A stretch of 64,000 bases of DNA from the human T2T-CHM13v2.0 reference genome, Homo sapiens, in assembly GCF_009914755.1 (NCBI RefSeq), contig NC_060937.1, one strand, 5' to 3'. Positions 29,491 through 43,850 of the stretch are shown here, piece after piece. The notes beneath the pieces were generated by a model. It did not search any database. It was not told the origin of the DNA and saw only the letters and a list, made by a program, of their open reading frames with translations. The stretch's first letter is position 1; each line of letters opens with the position of its first letter. The translations under genes were made by a program, and so were the position numbers.

Positions 29491-31518
29491 ACAATCTGCA
29501 GGGTTTATACTTAAATTTTTATTCTTGATATGAGAAAACTACTGAGTAAAAAATAATGCATGAAACAAATATATTCATGTAGAGACCAAATTATAGCATG
29601 AGTCTTAAAAGTTCTACTACAATAATTCATTTTCCAGAAAATTAAATTTTAGCAATATTACTTTATATATACTTTCAAAATAAAAATCTCTCTCACAAAA
29701 TGATCATGGCAAACAAAAAAAATCACTTTTGTTTCTTTCATTAGTGAATCAAAATGGTATGAAAGATCATGAGCAACATTAATATCTTTATTAATTAACT
29801 TTATAATAAAATAATTTTTATCTTATTTTACAAAGATTAGGTTCTATCATGTACACATGTACACATATATAAGATAATATGCAACTTTGCATGTTTTGCT
29901 ACTTGTTAATTTCGAATTCTTAAAACATTTGCAATATCATTTCTAAATTGTAAAAGAAAATAAATATCTGATTTGGCCTGCAGTTATGTTGTTATTATTC
30001 AAATCTGATTTGTTCAGTTCAATCAGAAGTGTCAGCAATATCAAAGAGGGTTTGGCTCAGGTAAAATCCATGAAAAGTTTCCCTAATTCCTCTTCTTCCT
30101 CTACGTTTTCACTAGAGAATAGTGGGACTAGCTCCTGGACCATTAGAGAACAAAGGAAAGAGATTATCAAGTAAGCAACGAGTGTCTGCATCTCAAGTTT
30201 GCAGTCTAAAAAGCCTGTATGCTCTGAATCATCAGATTTTAGTTTGATTAAACTAGGAAGGTGAAACTTATTTCACGTGTGATAAAGAAACTCACTGCAG
30301 ATAAAACAATACCTTGCTAATGGTGAATGCACAATTTTGTAATTCATACCTGCAAAAATTTCTGTAAGTTCACAATCAATCAAATGTATTTATTCCCACC
30401 TCATACAAGAACCAAAACAACCATATTTACTAGCATTTTATGAGAAGGCAGTGTTTTATGTACTCATCGATCATATTTTAATTACAGGCCTCAGTAGTAA
30501 TATAGTGTCAAAGCAAAAAGTAATACAACATAAATCTTAATCCATCATTATTTCTAGGCTCTGAAGGCAAAGTACATACATATTATTTACTTTAAAAGGG
30601 AATAAGTCAATGATTATGGGCATTCTGCATTTCTATTGAGGGGTGGCTTGGTTTTTAGATTCATGGGTAGTGAAGAAAGAGAAAAGACAGCATGATGCCA
30701 CCGCAATTTCTTCTAGTAAAATTCAGGGAAAAAAAAGAACTTAGAAGAAGAAAATAACTTCATGACCAGCTGCATAACTATCAAATTTAATGAAATAACT
30801 AGTGATGATTACACATAGTCATGTAGCAAAGTTATCTTCCTGCCTTCTACCCTAAAAGGGAATATTAATATTGCATCTTGAAATATTTCCAGTATATTGA
30901 GTCATCCTGTCCCTTAAAATAATAACTTAGCCTTATAAGAAGTTAGTAACACAAGCTACATGATACTACTATAGTCAAACACCTAATTCTAGAATTATTT
31001 TAATGGCAACTTAATTTATAGGTTACTCAAAAGTGAATGATTAGATTCCAGGCACTGCAACTTCACAACATTGTATATTATTATCACCTAAATAAATTCC
31101 AACTGAACAACTCAACAAAGAAACATCCGGATTTACTTAAAAAAATTTACAATTCATAATCAGTAATTTATACTTCATAAGCAATTATGTTCACCATAGA
31201 TTGCCCTTTCCAACTGAGGACTTAAGAGCATTTCAAAGCAAGTATTATTTTGCAAACTTAGATATCTGAATTCTAACATTACGTGACCTATGGTAAGTAA
31301 AAATACACTAAGCAAAACTGGAGCATATACCTACATAAACATAGGGTGAGTTCCCTCTAAACTGTGTTCTACTTAAGGCTGAACAGCTGGTGTCTCCACG
31401 TTGCTCTACACAGAACTTCTTTAGATGTAGTGTTTGTATACAATTTAGGTTTTGTTCACTGCAAAAATGAAGTCACCTCTAGTGCTGAAATAAATCAAGG
31501 CTTGTTTATGTCTCTTAC

Positions 31519-32065
31519 CTTTGCCATGGCCTCTCCCATCCTCCAAAAGCGGCACGACAATAGTGTTGTTCACATTTCCAGGTGACCTTACAGCTGTGTA
31601 GACAACAGGCACCGACTGTACCACCACGGGGATGCGGTGAACATGACTCAGTTTGTTAGACTGTAAATTCATGGGACTTGAAGGCGGTACGGGATGGATA
31701 ATGTGCAAAAACTGCTGGCCTCCAACACCAGATGCAGAGGCCACAAGGGGCCCTGGAGTTAATACTGTTGACGAAGATGACGCTGAAGATACTGATGTGA
31801 TAACAGTTGGGGATGAGGCTAGACGACTAGAAGACGATGAAGAGGTTGAAGTTGAAGAAGGTGAGGAGGCAGATGCTGTCATGGAAACTGGGGAGGATGA
31901 AACGGCAGTAGGGGACGTCCTGGCTTTGTTTATTGACAAGTCCACTGGCTCAGTTTGTGTTTGGAAGTGATCTACAGATAACGAGTCCTCCGGGGGCTCC
32001 CCTTTCACATTATTTAGCAACAGGGGAACGGCTTCCATATCGGGATAGTTGTGGACGTTTGGAGA
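31519..32065 (-). CDS. KLF12: KLF12 internal coding exon (547 bp; N-terminal CtBP-binding repression domain plus Ser/Thr-rich region)
   Basis: Translation SPNVHNYPDMEAVPLLLNNVKGEPPEDSLSVDHFQTQTEPVDLSINKARTSP...LLEDGRGHGK matches recalled KLF12 (AP-2rep). Canonical acceptor tttttctccccacag|TCT (AG at 32067-32066, phase 0) and donor AAAG|gtaaga (GT at 31518-31517, phase 1). Length 547 = 182 codons + 1. Confidence 0.97.
31934..31948 (-). other. KLF12: PVDLS CtBP-recruitment motif (PxDLS)
   Basis: CCA GTG GAC TTG TCA on the minus strand. Established motif of the KLF3/8/12 subgroup. Confidence 0.95.
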
Positions 32066-34230
32066 CTGTGGGGAGAAAAATGGAACATATATTTATCTTT
32101 GTTTATCACACATTTTATCGATGCATGGCTTACCACTTGAACGTTTATTACTTTTTCTCTTATTGCTATGGGACATTTATTCGTTCTCCAAATATCTGAA
32201 GGATTGCTCAGAGACAGTCACTGTGATTAAAACTGAGGGCATAAGAGTACAAAACAGAATAAGGCCTCTACCATAAAGACATTTTCATTCCATTGGGACA
32301 GATAGACAATTATTAAAATACTATGAAATCAGTGCTCTATGAAGGAGAAAAGAGGCCATATGAATCTCTAGGATTCTAACCCTTACTCAACACTATCACA
32401 ATACGGAAACATATTACCTGGCAACAATAGTGGGAAAACTCACTATGACATTTCTACTTTCATACTTGTTACAAGAGTTACCACACCATACTCAGTATAT
32501 TCTGAGCATTAAAAAAGGGCATAAAGTTCTTCAACCTCCCACACCTGATCACTAATTTATTAAATGGAAGTCATTTCTAATAATTAGCTAACTCTTCTCA
32601 AAATAATGTGCACAACTACAAGTGACATTTTAGGAAATAATAATTTAAGAAAAACTTATCCTGAAAATTATAATTTGTCTATGAATTTTCATTTAATCTG
32701 AAATAATGATGATAATGTTGTTCAAGTTCACCTGCACTCTTTTAAGTTTTAATGAGCAAAATTTGATAATAATAGACTCCAAGATTTTACCCAGACTAAT
32801 GTGATCAGCATGCTATTATTTGCATGAATATAATTTTACTCATATATCTATTCATTCATAAATTCAACAAACATTTATGAAATGTCTGCTTGCAAGTCCC
32901 CAAATGGCATAAGAGTACTATTAGTGGTGTCAGTCTAGACTAAAAAGAGAGAATTAGACTCTACTGATTATTTTGGTTACATCTGTTTGGCCAGGTTAAC
33001 ATAGACATTATTTTCCCATTTATGAGGAACAAAAACTTTTTTTCACTTTTTATGGATCAGAACAATACCTAAAATTATATTAAATTGGTTCATTTTGTTC
33101 CTCATTTAATAAAAGATTTTGGTGTGCTATTCCCCCTAAAACTTCGGCATACATTTAAAGGAATGAAACATGTTTCCTAAAGCCTTTTTAAAATAGAATA
33201 TAAATTACAGCTCCATTCAAAACATACAATAGGCAGTAGCACAAGGGCATTTTACTCAGCAACTGAGAAAAGAAAGAAAATAAATCAGTAATGGTACCAG
33301 ATCAACTAAAATAGGAAATGGGTTGATGTTTTAATGCTGTTTTTCCTTTTTCTTAGCTAACATGGTTACTTACCTATAAAAACAAATGACTTAGAAACAA
33401 TTAAAATGAGTCATCTAAAATATCTACTGTATGAAATTCTAAATGACAAGATTTTCAGTTTATGTGCTGAAATTGAGAAATAAATTTTTAATCTTTTCAA
33501 AGACATTTAAAAAACAAAGAAAAAACAAACACCATAAATTGAACTGCTTTGATAAAAGCTATTAGCATTATCTACTCTTGTAACTAGAACAGTATTTCAA
33601 TTTCAGCATTATCATTTTATTTCTTTGTAGAATAATGCAAAATGTTTCTTATTACTATATTATACCCACATAGAAATTCTTTGCTTAGGTTGCTTTCATA
33701 AAAGACATCAACTAGTTTGTCATTAAAAGATAAAACATATCAGTAAGCACATATTATTAAACACCACTAGTTTGACTTTAAATATAGTCTAGGTAAGTTT
33801 TTCTCCTTTTACCGTATCAACATATCAAAAATTCTTATTTTAGAGAGAGTGATTACTTCCACCACAAATTTTTCTCCTCCTGTCTACTTAGACACAAGAT
33901 TCCTACATACATTTACAAATCAAGGAGTAAAGAGTACATCACTGCAGAAATGTTCTATAATGTAAATGAAAGTTGACTGGGTAGACAGACAATACAGGAG
34001 GGGGAGCTGATAAATGCGGACCTTATCTGTAAGGAGATTGCTTGTGAGGCACCAAGTTTTACTGAGCTTTGCAGACTGCTTAGACTTCTCTAAATTATCT
34101 TTGTTTATCACACAAGTCTACCTCTTGTGGGTATCTTCTTAATCTCTTACTGAGGAAAATATTTACCTCTTAAGAAGTTTCATAACAACATCTTGTTGCT
34201 ATGAACAACAGGGTTATACCTCATAAATAA

Positions 34231-34340
34231 TATTAGCTATATATTATATATAATATATATAACATATATATAGCATATTATATATAATACATATAGCATA
34301 TATAATATATAGCTATATATTTTAGCTAATGCATATTAGC
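34231..34340. repeat. AT-rich (TA)n-like low-complexity tract with inverted repeat
   Basis: Direct reading. 18-bp arms at 34234-34251 and 34298-34315. Confidence 0.9.
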
Positions 34341-34934
34341 TTTCATTAGAAACTTGTGAAGCCAAATATTAAGAGCCCCTAGGTACTTTGAGACACTTAA
34401 GAATTACATGGCTTTTGCATGAGCTCAAACCAGAATATAGAAAAGGCTCACAAAAATAAGGAAGAATAAACCAAACTTTGGGACCAAAGAAATCTTATTG
34501 AGAACCTTCTACAAATTACACATGAATTTGTAAAATCAAAGAGACAGACGCTGGTCCTTTTTCATATGTGGCAGCTGAAATGCAGCTAGCACACTCAAAA
34601 ATAATGCTTCATCAGTATAAACAGGACAAAATCCTTCTTGTACCATTCATCTGTTTACAGCGTTGACACAGCAGCATATCCTGACAGCCGACACTAATCT
34701 CTTATGCAATGATTATGGTGCAGGTAAAGTCATCCATAATTGCAGCTTCAGATTACACAGACATATCTGTAAAGCCAGAAGTACTGCAAAAATATGGTCT
34801 CAAAACAGCTATGGCACATACTTGTGTTCCTCCTTTTAGGGAAGAAAAACGACCCAAAAGTCTTACTCCTGAAATCATCATTAGAAATTCATTTCTTTAC
34901 TTTTAGGAAATGGAAAATCAAAAGCATTGGTTTT

Positions 34935-35085
34935 GTGGTGCACACCTGTAATCCGAGCTACTCAGGAAGGTGAGGCAGAAGAATCGCTTGAACCCAGGAG
35001 GTGGAGGCTGCAGTGAGCCAAGATCATGCCACTGCTCTCCAGCTTGGGCAACAGAGGGAGACTCCATCAAAAAAAAAAAAAAAAA
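34935..35085 (+). mobile_element. 5'-truncated Alu (right arm only)
   Basis: Right monomer plus poly(A), with TSD aaaagcattggtt on both sides. Confidence 0.93.
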
Positions 35086-36639
35086 AAAGCATTGGTTCTG
35101 AGATTTGCATCTGTAAATGTGTGGTTGTGCTGACAGGAAGGGAGCACTACAAATGGCCACAAGGGGGAACGAAGGCTGAGGAGATACAAAGGAAAGAATC
35201 CCAAGTAAGAAATACTTAGAATAGTGAAAATTAAATGAAAGGATTACAAGTATTAGAGAAAGCGAGAGGAGATACGGGGTATGCCACTCAGGAACCAGCC
35301 TCAAAGGGGATAAGAACACTGAAAAGAGGAGAAACAACAAAGAAAGGTCGTAAGTTTTAAGCACAAGGAAGAGACACTTCTGCAAAAAGGACAAAGAATT
35401 CCATACTAACATTTTGCCCTTGTTTAGTAACTCCTCAATTCTTGATTCATTAATGAATTCTCATGGCAGTGTCAACTAAGTGGGGTTTTTTTGTTTGTTT
35501 TTAAATAAAAGCCCATCATGATCTTTGCCTGGGAGTGGTGACTATAGCTGAATTTTTGCTGTTGATGTCCCTGGTATGAAAGATAGAAGACTTACTGTAT
35601 TCATATTCATGCTAAAACCCTCCTTCTAACAACATGAAGATTGTATAAGAACACTGGATTTTTGTCAAAGAGGAGAGTAATTTCATTTTCCAAAAGATTA
35701 TATAATATTCCTTGAAAAGGTACACTGTAAAACTTAAATTTTTATAATACATATTAAATAATTGCACAAATACACACAAAAGGCCAGAAAAGTAAATGGA
35801 ACAATATACTTCATTAAAAACAATGTGTGTGAAAACCTAAAGATAAACATAAGGATTATGCTGTCACATTGTCTTTTCTCCAAAAGTCTCAAAGCCAGTT
35901 TTACTCACATTAACCCACTTGATAAAATATTACATATAACATTCCAGTGAACATGTTTTTTTTGAGTGATCTGGAAATTACATTTGAGGTTTTCTAATCA
36001 GATAACTTTTTTTTCCTGAATAAACATCTTAAAATGTAATTTCAGCTTTAGGCATTTTGTTGAATGAATGTCAAATGAATCTAAAACCTCCTACTTGTTA
36101 GTTCCCAGAGTACTAGATGTGTTTCCTACAGTTATCTATTGCTATCAACTGAATTTTATTACAGTCTGTCTGTGAACAAAACAATTTTAAATGATGGTCG
36201 TATATTTTAATCACCTGGAATTTAAAAAGAAAGAAAAATATGTCCGGATACTACTCTATCTTTGGAAACCCCTCCAGGGATTTTTCTGTGTAGTCAGAGC
36301 TGAGGAGCAATGCATAATATTCTACTAAATGTCGTTCAAGATTCACATGCTCTTTCCTCTTTAGTAACACCAGCAATGTTTAGAGATGGGGCTGACATAC
36401 ATGGGCATTCACACGTACACACAAGATGGTCCCAGCTATCTATCTATCCTTTCAGTCATCTGTCATTTAAATAAATTATGTTCCATTTTACTTTTACAAA
36501 TGTGTTGAGAAATAATTTCATGGCAATTTTTAGAAAAGATTATAAAGTAACTTGCCTAACATTACATAGCTCATGGCTTAACTGTCACAAGAATCTTTGT
36601 TTTGTATCCTGTTGTGTGATATTATACAAAGAAAATTTT

Positions 36640-36815
36640 ATTTGGACACAAAAGACTTAGATTCATCACCAATCCTTGTTGTTTATTAGCTGTGCGATCT
36701 TGGTATCATCACGAAAATTCTCTAGGTCTTAGCTTATCCATCTATAAAAGTGTGATGTTAATTCCAAACTCATACAACTGTTGTGAAGATTGGGTTAATG
36801 GCATTAAGTGCTTTT
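36640..36815 (+). mobile_element. MIR
   Basis: ttattagctgtgcgatcttgg...tcttagcttatccatctataaaa...gttgtgaagatt. Confidence 0.65.
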
Positions 36816-38187
36816 TAAGTAATACTGAGAAATGAGAGAGACAAGCAAATGAGCAGAACTTCCTCCGGTTAGAACTAAAAATTCCAAACAGAACTTACTC
36901 TATTACTAAAACTATCTCAGGAGGAACTTGACTCACTGAATGTAGCGTAAGATATATTCTGACACAGAATCTCATAAATACAGTCATTGCGGAGGCACAG
37001 TGTTTACTGAACCAAATAAATACATGTTACAAAAAGCTGAACAAGTCATCTTTAGGGATCTCTTATGATTATTTAGAAACAATTTTCTCTTAAAATATAG
37101 ACAACTGTCATTTGATACTTTTTTTTCCTCTACTTTCTAGCTGAGTTAGATTGGCCCACAGGAAGATCATGTAACAGTTGATGGAATACATTTTAACTGA
37201 CTGGCCTGATTTCTTAATTCCACAGTATAAATAACTTAAATCAATCCACACTTCAGTGTGCATCCATTATGACAATAATATAACAAATAGATTCAAATAA
37301 TTGCTTTGGGATGTTGGTCATTCTTTAGCAGTCTTATTATGAGACAATACAGGAGCATATTTGTTTCTTGTGTCTTGGTAGAAAATTAGTTTACATAAAT
37401 TTCACTGTGTGACTTAGTGATTAATTGAACATGTACCTTTTATAGGAAGTGCTTAAAGAAATTTACTCTATTTCACATTAAAAAGGAATTAAACTAAATC
37501 TATGACTCCACATCCTTGGAGCTTTTAGGTTACGCTGCATTATTTTAAAGACTAGTATATTTTAGGTGAAGAGCCAAATTCCTTTTGAACATGAAGTGCA
37601 CAGTAGGTACATGGCTTAGTTTTGGTGCCTGGGTTTCCCTTAGTAAATACAATTTTTTATTAGTAGTAAATGAAATGGTTTTAAGAGATGAGCACCATTC
37701 TTAAAAGAAGCATCCCGCAACTCTGGCTATTTCTGCTACAAGTATAAAAGTCACCACACATCCATTTGTGAATGGAGTATGCATTTCACTTTCCTCTATT
37801 CTTTTGTATTACTAAAAAGGGAAGCCTATTTTTCAATATTTGTCTTGCATGAGCCCCCATGGTCATAATTTACCTTGCTTTCAGCTCAGTGATTCTTCTT
37901 TACATGTTCAAGGGCAAACTCTTAAACATAAATGCCGTAAAAGTGTGAATTTATAAAACTGACAAAAACGTAAAGCAAAGTATACTAAAGAAAGATAAAT
38001 TGTACTTCCTCTAAAAGTACAGATGACAGAGTAAAAGGAAACAAGTAGAAATATCCTACACTGATAACCTGGAATTTGGTTTGAATGAGTTATCTACTGC
38101 ATGCAAGGGGAAGATATTTGAATAAATATTTAATTCAACTGCCTTATATCAATATGTCAATTGTCAGTTTAAGAAATGATTGATTCC

Positions 38188-38841
<654 letters not shown>

Positions 38842-39135
38842 TACATTTTTAATGCTTTTTTACATATGAATTGAATTGAAAATGCTAACCTTTAAAATGT
38901 GTTCAATACACACATTTAAATTTATCCTAAAGTTCTCTTACTTCCTAATAGTTATATTTTTTCATGACCTATTTACCAGGACTTTCATAAATCATATTAT
39001 TTACCTGAAGCAAATCAGAATCTATGTTTACAGCTGACTGCTACTCTGAAACTCTGGTTTGGCCCATGTGTGTGATGACTTTAGGTTGGTGTGAGTGAGT
39101 GAGGAGGAGACAGGGAATTTTGTTCATGCATTCTA

Positions 39136-39485
<350 letters not shown>

Positions 39486-40278
39486 TTAAACAGGAACATA
39501 AATGTGTTCCAGATAAATACACAAACCTTTAGCAAATAGAAGATATTTTCTTTTACCATATAACTAGGGAATATACATCACACTTGTTAGCTTGGAATAT
39601 GGTGCTCAAGATGTTTTGAATTTTAAATCCTACTTATATGGCCAGAAGAAGTAGTAGTATCACTATAACAGGTCAAAAACGGAAGCTGGATTAAGTCCTA
39701 TTATCTTGCAATTGTTTTTAAACAACATTTCACAAAGCACACAAAAATGTCTTAAAAATAAAGAGGTAACTATTATAGGGTTATCTTTTCCTCATGATTA
39801 GAATTTTGTTCTTTTGGTTTTAAATTAATGTTATTATTCATTGCATGACTTAAAATATTAATTAAAATTTCACTATACTGCCAGAAAAACCTGTTGTATA
39901 GACTTTTAGGGGATAAATCTTTATCCTAAACCACAATCTCACTCCAGTGCCTGAGGCAAATGTTCTGTGCTAGATACATATTTTAAAATATGCAATAATG
40001 TTTATCATCCTCGAACAGATTAATCTCTGCTACCAGATGGGCCCTGCTTTTGATTCTATAAAATGTTCACCATAAACAGTTATTTCTTACAACAGTATCT
40101 CATAGTATTGAAGTATATCAAATTTCAGAGAAAGAAAACTTGACCTCAGAGTGGCTGTAACAGTCAAATGATACATTTAAAAACTCCTACACAGGATAAA
40201 CATGTAAAGCAAAACTGTAACCTTTTTATGTAAACAAAGGCATATTAGCAAAACAATGGCTTTGCTTTTTGGATAACC

Positions 40279-40581
40279 CAGTGGTTCCTTTGGTAGTATC
40301 CATGGGGGATTGGTTCCAGGACCCCCCTCCACCAAGGATACCAAAACTACAGATGCTCAAATCCGTGATATAAAATGGCACAGTATTTGCATACGGCCTA
40401 CACAAATCTCCCCATATACTTTAAATTATCTCCACATCACTTATAACATCTAACACAATGTAAATACAATGTGAACAGTTGTCATTTCGTATGTTTTCAT
40501 TATCTCTCCAATCCTAAAACTTTCAATCTGCAGTTGGTTGAATCCGCAGATGTGGAATCCAGGGATATCGAGGGACAACTG
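40279..40581 (+). mobile_element. MER2 (TcMar-Tigger) MITE
   Basis: gtatccatgggggattggttccaggacccc...gatataaaatggc...ttggttgaatccgcagatgtggaatcc...gagggacaactg followed by TA. Confidence 0.88.
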
Positions 40582-40780
40582 TATATACTTGTCTTCTAAT
40601 AGAAAACACTTTTAAAGAGAGATACACCACCAGGCCAAGGCAAGACTAATGGTGAAGTGGAGAGAAATCTCTCTTTTCCTACCTCTCCTGGAAACAGAGG
40701 CAGCTGCAATGGGTAAGTGTCACAAATAGAAAAGCCAGAGTTTTGAAAGGCCCCAGAACTTTTCCATGAGCAGTGGATTT

Positions 40781-41526
40781 ATTTATTTTTCAAATTTTAT
40801 TTTAGAATCACAGAGTATATGTGCTGGTTTGTTATATGGGTATATTATGTGACACTGAGATTTGCGTTACGATTCATCCCATCATCAGGTAGTGAGCACA
40901 GTACCCAACAGATAGTTTTCCAATCCTTGCCTCCCACCCCCAATAGTACCCAGAGTCTATAGTTGCCATCTTGGTGTCCATGTGTACTCAATGTTTAGCT
41001 CCCATGTATAAGTGAGAACACGTGGTATTTGGTTTTCTGTTTCCATGTTAGTTCGCTTAGGATAATGACCTCCAACTTCATCCATGTTGCTACAAAGGCC
41101 ATGATTTCGTTTTTGTGTGTGTGTGTGGCTGCATAGTATTCCACGGTGTATATGTACCACATTTCCTTTATCCAGTCCACTGCTGGTGGGCATCTTGGTT
41201 GATTCCACGTCTTTGTTATTGTGAATAGTGCTGCAATGAATATATGGATACATGTGTCTTTTTGATAGAATGACTTATATTCCTTTGGGTATATACCAGT
41301 AATGGGATTGCTGGGCCGAATGGTAGTCCAGCTCTTACTTAAGAAATCTCCAAACTGCTCTCCACGGTGCTTGGACTAATTTACATTCCCAACCAAGGGC
41401 GTATAAGCACCTCATTTTCTCTGGGGGTCCCTCCAAAATATGTTACTTTTGTTTACTTAACAAAAGCCATTCTGACTGGTATGACATGGCATCTCATTGT
41501 GATATGGCATCTCATTGTGATTTGAT
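40781..41526 (-). mobile_element. 5'-truncated primate L1 (old L1PA/L1PB) 3' end
   Basis: ORF track 40995-41180 gives WIKEMWYIYTVEYYAA...EIMAFVATWMKLEVIILSE (ORF2 C-terminus). TSD tgagcagtggattt/tgagcagtgaattt. Confidence 0.93.
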
Positions 41527-42393
41527 TGAGCAGTGAATTTAATTGCATCTCAACTCACTATGAAATTAATAAAATACATTCACATAAACCAACACTTTAG
41601 CCTTGGCTTTTGTCTTCCAGGTAAAGGAGTATACAGTCATACAGGTGTTTCTGAGGATCCCAGAGGGTGACACTATCTAAGGCTGTTGTAATGGGCCCTT
41701 TTTGGACTACAACTGCCACCAGGCACACACAGGTATATGTAATTAATGCATTTAAGTAGGAGAATAAATTGTACAAATCAAGCCCCCATTGCCTAGACTG
41801 GTCAAGACAGCAGCATAAGCAAAATGGGAAAAGAGCCAGGCTGGGGACTTAGAGATGAAGGCAGGCACAGGGAGGCAGAAAGGAGGACAACTGATGTTCC
41901 CGAAAAGGGGGCCATGCCCGCCAGCCACAGCTTCTGCTAATCAGGTGTGAGTTACAGTGACACGAAGACCCTCAGCTCAATGTTCCTCTTGGCTGGGATG
42001 CTTATCCATCAGAAACAAGAATTTTAAAAAATGATCACAGCAATGCTGACAAGGATGTAGGAAAACTGACACCAATATTATGCTACAAGATAGGAAGGTA
42101 CGCGTTTTAAGGAATCCTGTTGAACTGTCTCAAAAGTCTTAAAATACCTTAGAACTAATAACTACACATTTAAGAATCTAGGAACTGCCATCTTCCTCTC
42201 TTCCTCCCACCCTCCCTCCTCCATACACGCACCCAGCCACCCACCTACTTGCACAGTCACCTCTTGAGCAGAGGAGTGACCCTATATTCAGAATCCATTC
42301 AACATCTATCCCTAACTACTCAACTTTAAAAAATAAGGTAATGTTTGGAAGTGGCACCCTCAAGCAAATACTATTTAAACCAAACAAAAAAAG

Positions 42394-42745
42394 GGCCTGG
42401 AGCAGTGGCTCATGCCTGTAATCCCAACAATTTGGGAGGCGGAGGTGGGCAGATTGCTTGAGCTCAGGAGTTCGAGACCAGCCTCGTCAACATGGTGAAA
42501 CCGTCTCTACTAAAAATACAACAATTAGCTGGGTGTGGTGGCGTTTGCCTGTAGTCCCAGCTACTCCAGAGGCTAAGGCATGAGAATCACTTGAACCCAG
42601 GAGGAGGAGGTTGCAGTGAGCCGAGATCACGCCATCACACTCCCAACATGGGTGAGAGAGTGAAACCCTGTCTCAAAAAATAAAATAAGATAAAATATAA
42701 TAAACTAAAATTAAAATTAAATAAATTTTAAAACAAAATAAAAAA
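42394..42745 (+). mobile_element. Alu (S/Jb-like) with long A-rich tail
   Basis: Full dimer. Confidence 0.94.
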
Positions 42746-43479
42746 GGAGTCAAGGAAAGTTAAGGCAGATTTAGTCATGATTCCCATGGAATGATCTCAC
42801 AATTTCAAGTGTTGGAACACCAGAAGCAGCTTTCTAAAGACAGTCTTTATGTTTGAAAGATTACATATATAGCAACCATTTCAATTTCATGCAAATAAGC
42901 ACTTCAGATTGTTTTGAGAGAACATCCCAGGGGCAACATCACTGATTTAAATAGCACTGTATCTACAGCAAACTGGACAAGAATCAAGATGACGTGTTCT
43001 AGAAAACTTTGTTAGATGACTTAAAAAGGGGCCTGGTGAGGACACAGAAAATGATGTTGAAATTGCTTGTAAAGATACTGAATGAAATAATGACATAAAA
43101 TTTGAGAGTCTAGGGAAACTTCATATGTTAAAATTTATATATTTTTGTATAAAATGTGACGGAATTTGTTTTTTAACTAATACATTCAAATATTAACACT
43201 CTTAAGGTGAAATTATCTACACATTTATACATTCTAGTTGGTTACAAAATTTCCTTCCTGGGGAAATAGGGCTAACTTACTGCAGGGACTTACATTTAGA
43301 CACAGATGGCAATTTTAAATTTTGAGAAAGATGTCTATATGGATGCGTAACTTTGTCTTATTTTGGGGAGTAAAAATTAGAAACCAAAACATGGACATAA
43401 AAGCAATCAAGTTTGAAACCAAGATTTTAACCTTAACTATTCACTGCAACCATTTATGAAACATTTTAAAGGTGCAAAG

Positions 43480-43850
43480 AACAGAGACCTATGGCAGTAG
43501 GTATGGTGTAGACATCAACAGTTTACAAAGCATTATATGTAATTCTAATAATCAGACAAGTTTGAGAAACAATATTCAATGGCAGGGAAACTTTTTGTAT
43601 AATGTTAAGTGAAAAAATGTTAGTATACAAAACTATACAAAAAGTATGAGCTTAATTTTGTCCCCCCAAAGCATTCTCATTTATACATGAAAATAATACA
43701 TGGAAAAAAATGTTCTGGAATGTTAACAATAGTTTTTCCATTAAGTGAATTTGTGGGTGAACTACATTTTCTTTTTTATCTTTTTTCCTATATTTTCTAC
43801 AGCAAATCTTTGCTACTTTTAAAATTTTAAAAGTCATATTTTTAGAAAGA
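43480..43850 (+). mobile_element. Old L1ME-like 3'UTR
   Basis: aatgttaagtgaaaaaa, aatgttaacaatagttt, tattttctacagcaaatctttgctactttt. Confidence 0.5.

Noticed and set aside
31653-31970. 105-aa acidic ORF on the + strand
   Set aside because: Antisense shadow of the Ser-rich KLF12 codons. No independent gene signals.
31445-32038. 197-aa ORF as a complete single-exon gene
   Set aside because: Strong splice sites at 32066 and 31518 define an internal exon. The last 24 aa are intronic.
40957-41253. ORFs with L1 ORF2-like text
   Set aside because: Frameshifted remnant of a truncated L1, not functional.
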